Part shown: positions 19,226 through 26,817 of the stretch, piece by piece
How the letters are laid out: every line of letters starts with the position of its first letter
Numbering within the stretch: the stretch's first letter is position 1
Source: Terriglobales bacterium
Lineage (GTDB): Bacteria > Acidobacteriota > Terriglobia > Terriglobales > Acidobacteriaceae
Direction: 5' to 3'
NCBI GenBank assembly: GCA_035487295.1
Contig: DATHMH010000015.1
Coordinates: forward strand, 97,275 to 161,274
DNA length: 64,000 nucleotides
Position numbers and translations under genes: made by a program
The notes under the pieces: model-generated
What the model saw: the letters and a program-made list of their open reading frames with translations, nothing else
The model's database searches: none
What the model was told of the DNA's origin: nothing

Positions 19226-20308
19226 ATGATACGGATCGGTATTGTGTTCGGGATGAGCCTGGTTGTGTCGCTCATGTGTTTTGCCCAAGGTTCTGCCGCT
19301 GCGGCAGACCCCCGAAACCTTACACCCAAAAATTGCTGCCATATCGCTTTAGCTGAACAAACCCGGCCGCAGCTTTCTTTTGCCGCCTGCCATGCGTCGC
19401 AAAGGGAGGGCCAGAAAAAAGAAGACCCGTCGCTCACGCTTGCCGCATTGAAATTGCCTCAATCTTTGGCTGATACAGCCAGTGAAAATGCTGTGAGCGT
19501 CGAAAATGGTCTACCGGAAGCCCCATCGGGAGGAAGTTATTCTGCGTCATCGTTGCCTGATGCTGCCAGCAGTACCCGCATTGCGCTTACCCAGAACGGC
19601 TCGCCGGCCGGCAGAGATCGCGTGCCCGTGGCGGTGTATCCCATCATATTTCCCTATACACCAAGAGAGAAGTTTGGGCTGTTCGTGCGCGATATTTACG
19701 ATCCTTTCAATTTCATGGCCGAGGCCTTCAATGCCTTATGGGCACAATCGCAGGGCGACCCGCGCGCCTATGGCGGAGGCATGGGCGGCTACGGAAGAAG
19801 GCTAGGGGCCATGGTCGGCACCGATATTGTGGGCGAGTTCACGGGAACATTTTTGTTCCCTTCGATCCTGCACACCGATCCGCGCTACTTTCGCATGGCG
19901 CGCGGTTCCTTGAGACGGCGTTTCTTCTATGCTGTCACCCGCCAGCTTATCGCCAAGAGCGACTCCGGCGACGATACCTGGAATGCCTCAAGATTTCTCT
20001 CCGGCCTGGCCACCACCGCCGTCTCTGGCAGTTACTATCCTCACCGCGACCGCAGCTTTCCCGGCATTGTGCAGCACACCCTGGTGAATATGGGCTTCGA
20101 TGCGCTGGATGACTCCTTCCGCGAGTTCTGGCCCGACCTCGCGCACAGGTTGCACCTTCCCACTTTTGTAATTCGCCGCACCGCTGATCCTACATTTATC
20201 GATCCCATGGATCCGCAGCCCATGCCGATTACCGAACCGGCAAATCCACGGGCCACCCCATCGCCGACAGATAAGAAGGCCCCGGGACTCCCCCAGAACT
20301 TGCAGTAG
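19226..20308 (+). CDS. Hypothetical secreted protein
   Basis: Track ORF 19139..20308. The ATG at 19226 gives a signal peptide, MIRIGIVFGMSLVVSLMCFAQGSAAA. I recognise no family. Confidence 0.5.
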   Translation: MIRIGIVFGMSLVVSLMCFAQGSAAAADPRNLTPKNCCHIALAEQTRPQLSFAACHASQREGQKKEDPSLTLAALKLPQSLADTASENAVSVENGLPEAPSGGSYSASSLPDAASSTRIALTQNGSPAGRDRVPVAVYPIIFPYTPREKFGLFVRDIYDPFNFMAEAFNALWAQSQGDPRAYGGGMGGYGRRLGAMVGTDIVGEFTGTFLFPSILHTDPRYFRMARGSLRRRFFYAVTRQLIAKSDSGDDTWNASRFLSGLATTAVSGSYYPHRDRSFPGIVQHTLVNMGFDALDDSFREFWPDLAHRLHLPTFVIRRTADPTFIDPMDPQPMPITEPANPRATPSPTDKKAPGLPQNLQ

Positions 20309-20335
20309 CCAAGCCCAGCAGCTAGAATCGCGCCC

Positions 20336-20797
20336 ATGCTTCGTGCACGTCGTATTCATCACGTCTCTATTCTTGTTGTCTTCAGCCTCTTATTCGCGGG
20401 TTGCACCAAGTGGCCCGAGAAGGCCTCCGCCTGGTCAAACGCCACGGGCGCAGAGCAGTTCGAGCGCCTCTGGTGGCAGGATGTAAAGGAAAAAAACTGG
20501 GACGAGGTTGAAAGGCATCTGGCGTCTACCTATGTCTACCAGACGTCGGGGATGGTACGTGATCGTGATGCCACCATGGAGCACTTCAAAAAGCTGGAAA
20601 TTACCGACTATGCGCTGGGTAATGTGGAACTGCATCCTAACGGCGATTCCGTGGTGATTACCTACACCATGGATTTAAAAGGCGTCTACGATGGCCAGTC
20701 TCTGCAATTGTCCCAAACCCGTATGATGTCGGTATGGCAGCAACAAAAACAAGGCTGGGCTGCGATTGCCCACGCCGATTCTTTTTCCATGCAATAG
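20336..20797 (+). CDS. NTF2/SnoaL-like (DUF4440-type) lipoprotein
   Basis: 153 aa. It has a lipobox (LLFAGC). The body (WWQDVKEKNWDEVERHLASTYVYQTSGMVRDRDATMEHFKKLEITDY…WQQQKQGWAAIAH) fits the NTF2-like cone fold pattern. Confidence 0.5.
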   Translation: MLRARRIHHVSILVVFSLLFAGCTKWPEKASAWSNATGAEQFERLWWQDVKEKNWDEVERHLASTYVYQTSGMVRDRDATMEHFKKLEITDYALGNVELHPNGDSVVITYTMDLKGVYDGQSLQLSQTRMMSVWQQQKQGWAAIAHADSFSMQ

Positions 20798-20806
20798 AAA
20801 TTTCAT

Positions 20807-21814
20807 TCAATGCCAGCGGGTGGTGAAGTTGGTTTGGATGGTGCCACCGTAGGCCGAGGTGAAGCCGGGCACATCGCTGGTAGATTCGGGCCCATCCAAC
20901 GGTTCGGCGGTAATAATGTACGAGTCTGCCGGGACCCCCTGAATCAAATAAGTGCCGTCGGGTTTGCTTAAAGTGCTGATAGGTGACTTGCGCAGGTTAA
21001 AACTAGTGGGAAAGGGAAGCGCGCTGCTGGTAGATCCGGCATAAACGTGCGCGCCGAAAACCGCTGCGTTGCTGCCCAGCATTCGCACCGTTCCCGCGAT
21101 GCTGCCTGTAGTCACATCGGCAATCGCCTTCGGATAAAGCGTGGAGATGCCGGCATCATCGTCATAACTCAGGGTATGTTCGCTGGCAGGAGCAAACGGG
21201 AACATGATGGCCCGGGTTACGCCGGTGTGGTCCATTCCCAGGAAGTGTCCGGCTTCGTGCGTGGCCACGGTTTGCAGGTCCTGCGTCGAGCCGCTGCCGG
21301 TTCCATCCGTAGTGAACTGGACGTTAGGGTTAAAAATAATGTCTGACTTGATAATTTGACCGTCAAAGGCGGCAACTCCGCCATGGCCGTCACTGTGTCC
21401 TCGGGTAACGGTTGTGGTGATGGTGACAGCCAGGGTGCCGGAATCTTTGCTGAAGTCGGCATCCATGCAGACAAAGCAGATCAGATTAATGTTGGCCGGA
21501 GACGAGGCTTCCGCAGAGACCGAACTGTCTGCGCCGCGAGTGACAGGAACATTCGCGTTGGGCGCCGAAGTCCAGGTATCGAAAACGGCTTGTATCACGC
21601 TTGCCGCCGAATTGCTCCCCTGGATATTCGACCCGGTAGCCGGATTCAAATTCCATTGCACGGGAAACCCGGCGAAATTCCAGCGGTTGGCAACTATGTT
21701 GTTGCCGACCTTGGTCAGCTCGGGAAGGTGTGAAGAGGCCGGCGGCGGCAGCAGCATGCTTACAGCCGCGAGGGCAGCCACAAGAAGGATACGATGGAAG
21801 TTCCGTCCGCTCAT
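20807..21814 (-). CDS. Secreted matrixin-type (M10) zinc metalloprotease with C-terminal CarboxypepD_reg-like beta-sandwich
   Basis: 335 aa with a signal peptide. The zinc motif is VATHEAGHFLGMDHTG (HExxHxxGxxH). The C-terminal segment is GSIAGTVR…DGTYLIQGVPADSYIITAEP. Confidence 0.8.
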   Translation of the reverse strand: MSGRNFHRILLVAALAAVSMLLPPPASSHLPELTKVGNNIVANRWNFAGFPVQWNLNPATGSNIQGSNSAASVIQAVFDTWTSAPNANVPVTRGADSSVSAEASSPANINLICFVCMDADFSKDSGTLAVTITTTVTRGHSDGHGGVAAFDGQIIKSDIIFNPNVQFTTDGTGSGSTQDLQTVATHEAGHFLGMDHTGVTRAIMFPFAPASEHTLSYDDDAGISTLYPKAIADVTTGSIAGTVRMLGSNAAVFGAHVYAGSTSSALPFPTSFNLRKSPISTLSKPDGTYLIQGVPADSYIITAEPLDGPESTSDVPGFTSAYGGTIQTNFTTRWH

Positions 21815-22383
21815 TGGCTCAGCCTTTGGGCGCGTTGTATGCGGTTTTCCAGATCATGCAGGGTCATCGGAGTAGATTGCGAAACGCTCTGCTCTCCGGC
21901 GGCATTGAGCCATTGCACCTCGGGAACTCCATTGCTCACGCGCACCTCGCCGGAGCTGAGGCGTTCAACGCGGAAGTTGCCCTGCACCAGACCCACAACC
22001 ACATGAGTGCCGTCTTTGGCTTCGCTGGGGCGGAGAAAGAGCACAGCTTCTTCTCCCGCCGGCCAATAGCGCACACCGGAGACGTGCTGGGTCGTGCCGT
22101 CAACGCTGCCCCCAAGTTGTTTCACCACAACCTTGGCGGGCGCCTGGCCTTTGAGGGTTCGAGCCACAGTAAACTCCGTGTAGGTATATATAAGGCTGTG
22201 CTGGTCGTTCCACTGCGACCACGAGCGCGTTGCCTCGCCTTGCATGATGAGCGCTGCGTTCTGGGTAAGGGCTTCAACCGGCATGGGAACCATGCTTGTT
22301 CCCAGCAACAGGGGAGTGGAAGCGAGGATGAATAACGGCAGCAGATATTTTCTAATCACACGCGTTCTTATTGGACTCATCAT
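21811..22383 (-). CDS. Hypothetical secreted protein (middle gene of the matrixin operon)
   Basis: 190 aa with an N-terminal signal/anchor (LLPLFILASTPLLLG). It has 4-nt stop/start overlaps with both neighbours. Confidence 0.55.
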   Translation of the reverse strand: MMSPIRTRVIRKYLLPLFILASTPLLLGTSMVPMPVEALTQNAALIMQGEATRSWSQWNDQHSLIYTYTEFTVARTLKGQAPAKVVVKQLGGSVDGTTQHVSGVRYWPAGEEAVLFLRPSEAKDGTHVVVGLVQGNFRVERLSSGEVRVSNGVPEVQWLNAAGEQSVSQSTPMTLHDLENRIQRAQRLSQ

Positions 22384-22916
22384 TGGATCTCCAATCCGCC
22401 GGTGAAGGTGGTGACGTCGCCGTTGGTGGCCTGCAAAATCACCGTGCGCGCACCCAGGGCGGCATTGCTGGCAATCGCTGCCTGAAAGGCGATTCCAGGG
22501 ATTCCGGTCGTTGATTGGACACCCCGAATTTGTGAAATCCCAATATCGGAAGGGCCAGAGATGGAAACTTGCATGCTGCTGGAAAGTCCCGGCCCGAAGA
22601 GCAGAACAGTGACCGTTGAACCCCGCGAGACGATAGTCCCGGTGTTATTGGCCGAACCCGCCGAACTCGTCGTGGCTCCGAGCGCCTGAGCATTGGGCGG
22701 CGGGCTCGACGCGGGCAGGGAAACCGCAATATCCATTCCAGAAGCTGCCTGGCCGCCGGCCAGGTTAACGACAGTGGGCGCATTCACGCCGCCGGTGCTG
22801 GGTGGAGTGACAGGGTTACTATTATTATTGGACGCCGAGTGAGCGGAGGTTCCGCAACCGCTCATCATTACAATGGCCGTAAACAAAACGACGAAACCAA
22901 ACAGCCTGCGCGTCAT
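22380..22916 (-). CDS. Ser/Gly/Pro-rich lipoprotein with Ig-like C-terminal domain (first gene of the matrixin operon)
   Basis: The track ORF 22380..23831 is an artefactual extension running antisense through mutY. The ATG at 22916 gives MTRRLFGFVVLFTAIVMMSGC (lipobox), a low-complexity linker, then beta-rich TVTVLLFGPGLSSSMQVSISGP…VILQATNGDVTTFTGGLEI. Confidence 0.6.
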   Translation of the reverse strand: MTRRLFGFVVLFTAIVMMSGCGTSAHSASNNNSNPVTPPSTGGVNAPTVVNLAGGQAASGMDIAVSLPASSPPPNAQALGATTSSAGSANNTGTIVSRGSTVTVLLFGPGLSSSMQVSISGPSDIGISQIRGVQSTTGIPGIAFQAAIASNAALGARTVILQATNGDVTTFTGGLEIQ

Positions 22917-23072
22917 AATCTTAATCGGGAGCGCAATCGAGCGCCGTGTTGCGCGAGAGGGCAGCTCTCTCGCCCAGCGGGATTGCTGCTCCTTCGTATA
23001 GAGATGTTCTGGCCAAAGTACATGTTGCTTTGCCAGCCCTGAAGAATAAACTTCAAGTACAATCGAAGCTTT

Positions 23073-24164
23073 GTGAATCATCCTGGCAACAAAAAATCCA
23101 AGAGTGCAGCCCTGCATAAACCGGTTCAGGCTGTGCGCTTTCGCCGCGCTCTCTTGCGCTGGTATGACGCTTACCGGCGCGATCTGCCCTGGCGCGGAGA
23201 GCATGATGCCTACAAGATATGGATCTCTGAAATCATGCTGCAACAGACCCGGGTTGCTGTCGTGCTTGACCGCTATGGCCGCTTCCTGTCGCGTTTTCCC
23301 AGCCTCCATGCGCTGGCTGCCGCCCAGGTTACCAGTGTTCTGGTGGAGTGGAGTGGGCTGGGCTACTACCGCCGCGCCCGCGCTCTGCATGCCGCCGCCC
23401 GAATCGTTGTTCGCGAGCATGGCGGCAAGTTGCCGCAGTCTGCCGAGGGGCTTCGCCACCTGCCGGGGATAGGGCGTTACACCGCCGCCGCCATCGCCAG
23501 CATCGCCTTTGGCGAAGTCGTTTCCGTGGTGGATGGCAACGTGGAGCGCGTGCTGCAGCGTTTTTGCGGCCCGAGTTCCATCCGCGCAAATGAGGACTAT
23601 TGGCGGCGCGCCGGTGAGCTGCTCGATCCGCAGCGTCCCGGCGATTTCAATCAGGCCATGATGGAGTTGGGCGCCACCGTCTGTCTGCCGCGGGCGCCAC
23701 TGTGTTCCCAGTGTCCGCTGGCACGGTTGTGCCGCGGACGCGCGCAATTGGCAGGCGCCCGAAAACTGCGGCGGCCGGATACGACCGAATCGCGCAAGAA
23801 GGTTCGGGCCGCCTATCGCGTGCTGCTGCATCAGAGCTGCGTGTACCTGGTGCAGCGTCCGGCTGACGCCACGCTCATGCCCTCGATGTGGGAGCTGCCG
23901 CAGCGCGCTGAGCGTATCCCTGTATCATCGGCTGCCGCATCGAGTGTCCGTCTGCGGCATTCCATTACCAACACCGATTTTGAAATTATCGCCGGCCTCG
24001 AACGCCAGGCCTCAAGACGCGAGCTCGTTGGAGCAAACCGCAACCGGCAAGATCCGGGCGCTACGCCAGGGTCGGCGAGATGGGTGCATATACGGCGGCT
24101 CAACCGGCTTCCGCTCACGGGACTGGCTCGCAAGATTCTGCGGCGCTTCTCGCTCCTCGATTAA
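23073..24164 (+). CDS. mutY: A/G-specific adenine DNA glycosylase MutY
   Basis: 363 aa. Motifs are LLRWYDAYRRDLPWR…YKIWISEIMLQQTRV…LPGIGRYTAAAIASIAF…VDGNVERV, and a 4Fe-4S loop, CLPRAPLCSQCPLARLC. It has a NUDIX-like C-terminal domain. Confidence 0.9.
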   Translation: MNHPGNKKSKSAALHKPVQAVRFRRALLRWYDAYRRDLPWRGEHDAYKIWISEIMLQQTRVAVVLDRYGRFLSRFPSLHALAAAQVTSVLVEWSGLGYYRRARALHAAARIVVREHGGKLPQSAEGLRHLPGIGRYTAAAIASIAFGEVVSVVDGNVERVLQRFCGPSSIRANEDYWRRAGELLDPQRPGDFNQAMMELGATVCLPRAPLCSQCPLARLCRGRAQLAGARKLRRPDTTESRKKVRAAYRVLLHQSCVYLVQRPADATLMPSMWELPQRAERIPVSSAAASSVRLRHSITNTDFEIIAGLERQASRRELVGANRNRQDPGATPGSARWVHIRRLNRLPLTGLARKILRRFSLLD

Positions 24165-24200
24165 AATAAAATTAATAAGAAGGATTGGAAGGAGACTGAT

Positions 24201-24701
24201 ATGCCTGCTTTGAACGCGGGAGCCCGCGCGCCGGAGTTTTCGCTCAACCTGATGGGCCAGGACGGAAAATTTTCCCTGGAAAAAGCCCGTGCCCACGGAC
24301 CTGTGCTGGCCGCATTTTTCAAAGTTGGTTGCCCGACCTGCCAATTGGCTTTTCCATATCTAGAACGCCTGTTCGCAGCCTACGGCAACGATAAAGCGCA
24401 GATTGTCGGGGTTTCACAGGATAACGCCGCCGATACCGCCGCCTTCGCGCAAAAATTCGGCGTGAAATTTCCGATCGCGCTCGATGAGATTGGCAAGTAT
24501 CTCGCGTCGAGGGCCTACGGGCTGACCAATGTTCCCACTGTGTTCTGGATATCTCCCGAAGGCAAAGTCGAATTTTCCAGCGTGGGCTGGGACAAAAAAG
24601 ATATGGAGCGGCTCAACCGGTACTATGCCGCTGCCACGGGCAAGCCCGGGATCGAATTATTCAAGCCTGGGGAAAGCATCCCCGATTTCAAACCCGGTTG
24701 A
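24201..24701 (+). CDS. Thioredoxin-fold redoxin (AhpC/TSA / TlpA-like)
   Basis: 166 aa. It has a CxxC site (FKVGCPTCQLAFPYLERL) and a good RBS (ggaaggag). Confidence 0.7.
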   Translation: MPALNAGARAPEFSLNLMGQDGKFSLEKARAHGPVLAAFFKVGCPTCQLAFPYLERLFAAYGNDKAQIVGVSQDNAADTAAFAQKFGVKFPIALDEIGKYLASRAYGLTNVPTVFWISPEGKVEFSSVGWDKKDMERLNRYYAAATGKPGIELFKPGESIPDFKPG

Positions 24702-24933
24702 GGGACCAAGAGCTGATCCGCGGTCGCGGATGGATTCCCGCTGAAAGAAACGGGGCCAGTTAAAAGAACAAAACAAAAAAGAACGATATTTAAGATTCTC
24801 AATGGTTTATTTATAAGTTTGCGAGAGTGATGAAGAAACGCCACCCCTTCGGGTTGTTCGTCTCTCATGTTCCGACGTGGTCTATAATCCTCTGCTGCCT
24901 GTAATCAGTTCTGCTGTATTCCTCGGAGGTTCC

Positions 24934-26670
24934 ATGCATCACCGTGCGTGCCTGTTGCTCATATCCATTCTTGTTCTTGTCTCTCCAATCGCCCTCATGG
25001 CCCAGACCGCAAAGCCATTGGCTGCAAATATTCCTGCAAATCTGAACAAGACCACCGCTAAAAAGACCGCGGTTGTTGGCGCCCATACGGGCCTGCCCGC
25101 CGGAGTCGTGGCCACCATGGACGCCATCAGCGGCGACCGCATTCGCGAGCACATACGCTTTCTCTCGCATGATCTGCTGGAAGGGCGCGGCACCGGCGCG
25201 CGCGGTGGCGACATTGCCGGGCAGTACATTGCCACGCAATTTGCTTTGCTGGGCCTCGAGCCCGCCGGGGACGACGGGACGTTCCTGCAAAAAGTTCCGA
25301 TGGTCGGGCTCACAGCGCAGCCGGATACCAAGTTTGCCATCGTGCATGACGGCCAGGAAGTTGAGCTGAAAGCCGGCGACGAATACGTCGCCACCGATGA
25401 GACCCAAAACGCCAGCAGCGATATTGACGCCGACATTGTTTTTGTCGGTTACGGCATCGAAGCTCCGGAGTACAAATGGAACGACTACAAAGATGTTGAC
25501 CTCAAAGGCAAGGTGCTGATGATGGTGGTCAACGAGCCGCCATCCGATGATCCCAATTTCTTCAAGGGCAAGGCGCTGACCTACTACGGCCGCTGGACCT
25601 ACAAGTTTGAAGAAGCCGCTCGCAAGGGAGCGGTAGCGGTCTTGCTGGTTCATAAGGAAGGCTTCGACCCCTATGGATGGGACGTAGTGCGCAACTCCTG
25701 GTCGGGCGAGCAGTCGCGCCTGCGCGGGGAAGAGGGCCCCAAGTTGAAAGCCGCGGCCCGCATTCACGAAAGCGTGGCCCGCAAGATTGCCGCCATGGCC
25801 GGCGGGGATTTTGATGATTGGCTTAAGCAAATCGCCTCCCCCGATTTTCGTCCTATTCCAATACCGTTACGCCTCAAGGCGCATATGGTGACCAAGGTGC
25901 GTCCCTTCGAATCGAATAACGTCATCGGTAAAATCTCCGGATCAGATCCCAGGAAAAAAGACGAGGCGGTCATGTACACCGCCCATTATGACCATCTGGG
26001 GATTCATCCCGACCAGCCCGGCGACAACATCTATAACGGCGCCATGGACAACGCCTCCGGCTGCGGCATCATCATGGAAATTGCGCGCGCCTTTGCCACG
26101 GCGCCGCAGCGCCCGGCGCGCTCTATCCTGATTGTCTCGGTTACCGCGGAAGAACAGGGCCTGCTGGGCTCACAATATTTTGGAGAGCACCCGCCGATCC
26201 CCGCCGGCAAGATCGCTTTGGACCTGAACTATGACGATGTTCCCGCGCGTGGCGTCCCTGAAGAGACCGAAGTCGTGGGTTCTGAGCGCACCAATTTCTA
26301 TCCCGTGGTGCAGCAGACGGCCCAAGAGTTCGGCCTGACCATCATTCCCGATTCGCACCCGGACGCAGGCCACTACTACCGCTCCGATCATTTCAGCCTG
26401 GCGCGCGTCGGCATTCCCTCATTTTCCATCAACGAAGGTATGAAGTATCAGGGGCACACCCGCGAGTGGGGCATGGAGCAGGCCGACTACTTCACAAAAA
26501 ATATTTACCACCACCCCAGCGATGAGCTCCGTCCTGACATGGATTTCCACGGCGACGCCATCATGGCCCGCTTCGGCTTTGCCCTGGGCTGGAAGGCGGC
26601 GAACCTGCCGCAATTGCCCCAATGGCAGCATGGCGACGAGTTCGAGGCCGCAAGGCTACAGGGTCATTAA
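24934..26670 (+). CDS. Secreted M28-family aminopeptidase with PA (protease-associated) domain
   Basis: Track ORF 24877..26670. The ATG at 24934 gives a signal peptide, MHHRACLLLISILVLVSPIALMAQ. The M28 core is YTAHYDHLG…YNGAMDNASGCG…VTAEEQGLLGSQYF…HHPSDE. Confidence 0.8.
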   Translation: MHHRACLLLISILVLVSPIALMAQTAKPLAANIPANLNKTTAKKTAVVGAHTGLPAGVVATMDAISGDRIREHIRFLSHDLLEGRGTGARGGDIAGQYIATQFALLGLEPAGDDGTFLQKVPMVGLTAQPDTKFAIVHDGQEVELKAGDEYVATDETQNASSDIDADIVFVGYGIEAPEYKWNDYKDVDLKGKVLMMVVNEPPSDDPNFFKGKALTYYGRWTYKFEEAARKGAVAVLLVHKEGFDPYGWDVVRNSWSGEQSRLRGEEGPKLKAAARIHESVARKIAAMAGGDFDDWLKQIASPDFRPIPIPLRLKAHMVTKVRPFESNNVIGKISGSDPRKKDEAVMYTAHYDHLGIHPDQPGDNIYNGAMDNASGCGIIMEIARAFATAPQRPARSILIVSVTAEEQGLLGSQYFGEHPPIPAGKIALDLNYDDVPARGVPEETEVVGSERTNFYPVVQQTAQEFGLTIIPDSHPDAGHYYRSDHFSLARVGIPSFSINEGMKYQGHTREWGMEQADYFTKNIYHHPSDELRPDMDFHGDAIMARFGFALGWKAANLPQLPQWQHGDEFEAARLQGH

Positions 26671-26817
26671 TTCATTTAATGTAGAGACATAGCTTGCTAC
26701 GTTTCTTATGGTTTCACCACGGTGACGCATTACTAATGTAATGTTTGGTCTGTAGGTAAACCCGTGCTAGAGTTTCCCCAGCAACTCTGAGTCACCCCTT
26801 GGGTCCGGTTGCAAACA

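Noticed and set aside
22917-23831. N-terminal 300 aa of the 483 aa track ORF 22380..23831(-).
   Set aside because: It runs antisense through the well-supported mutY gene and looks like shadow-frame sequence. A proper lipoprotein start (ATG 22916, MTRRLFGFVVLFTAIVMMSGC) exists downstream.
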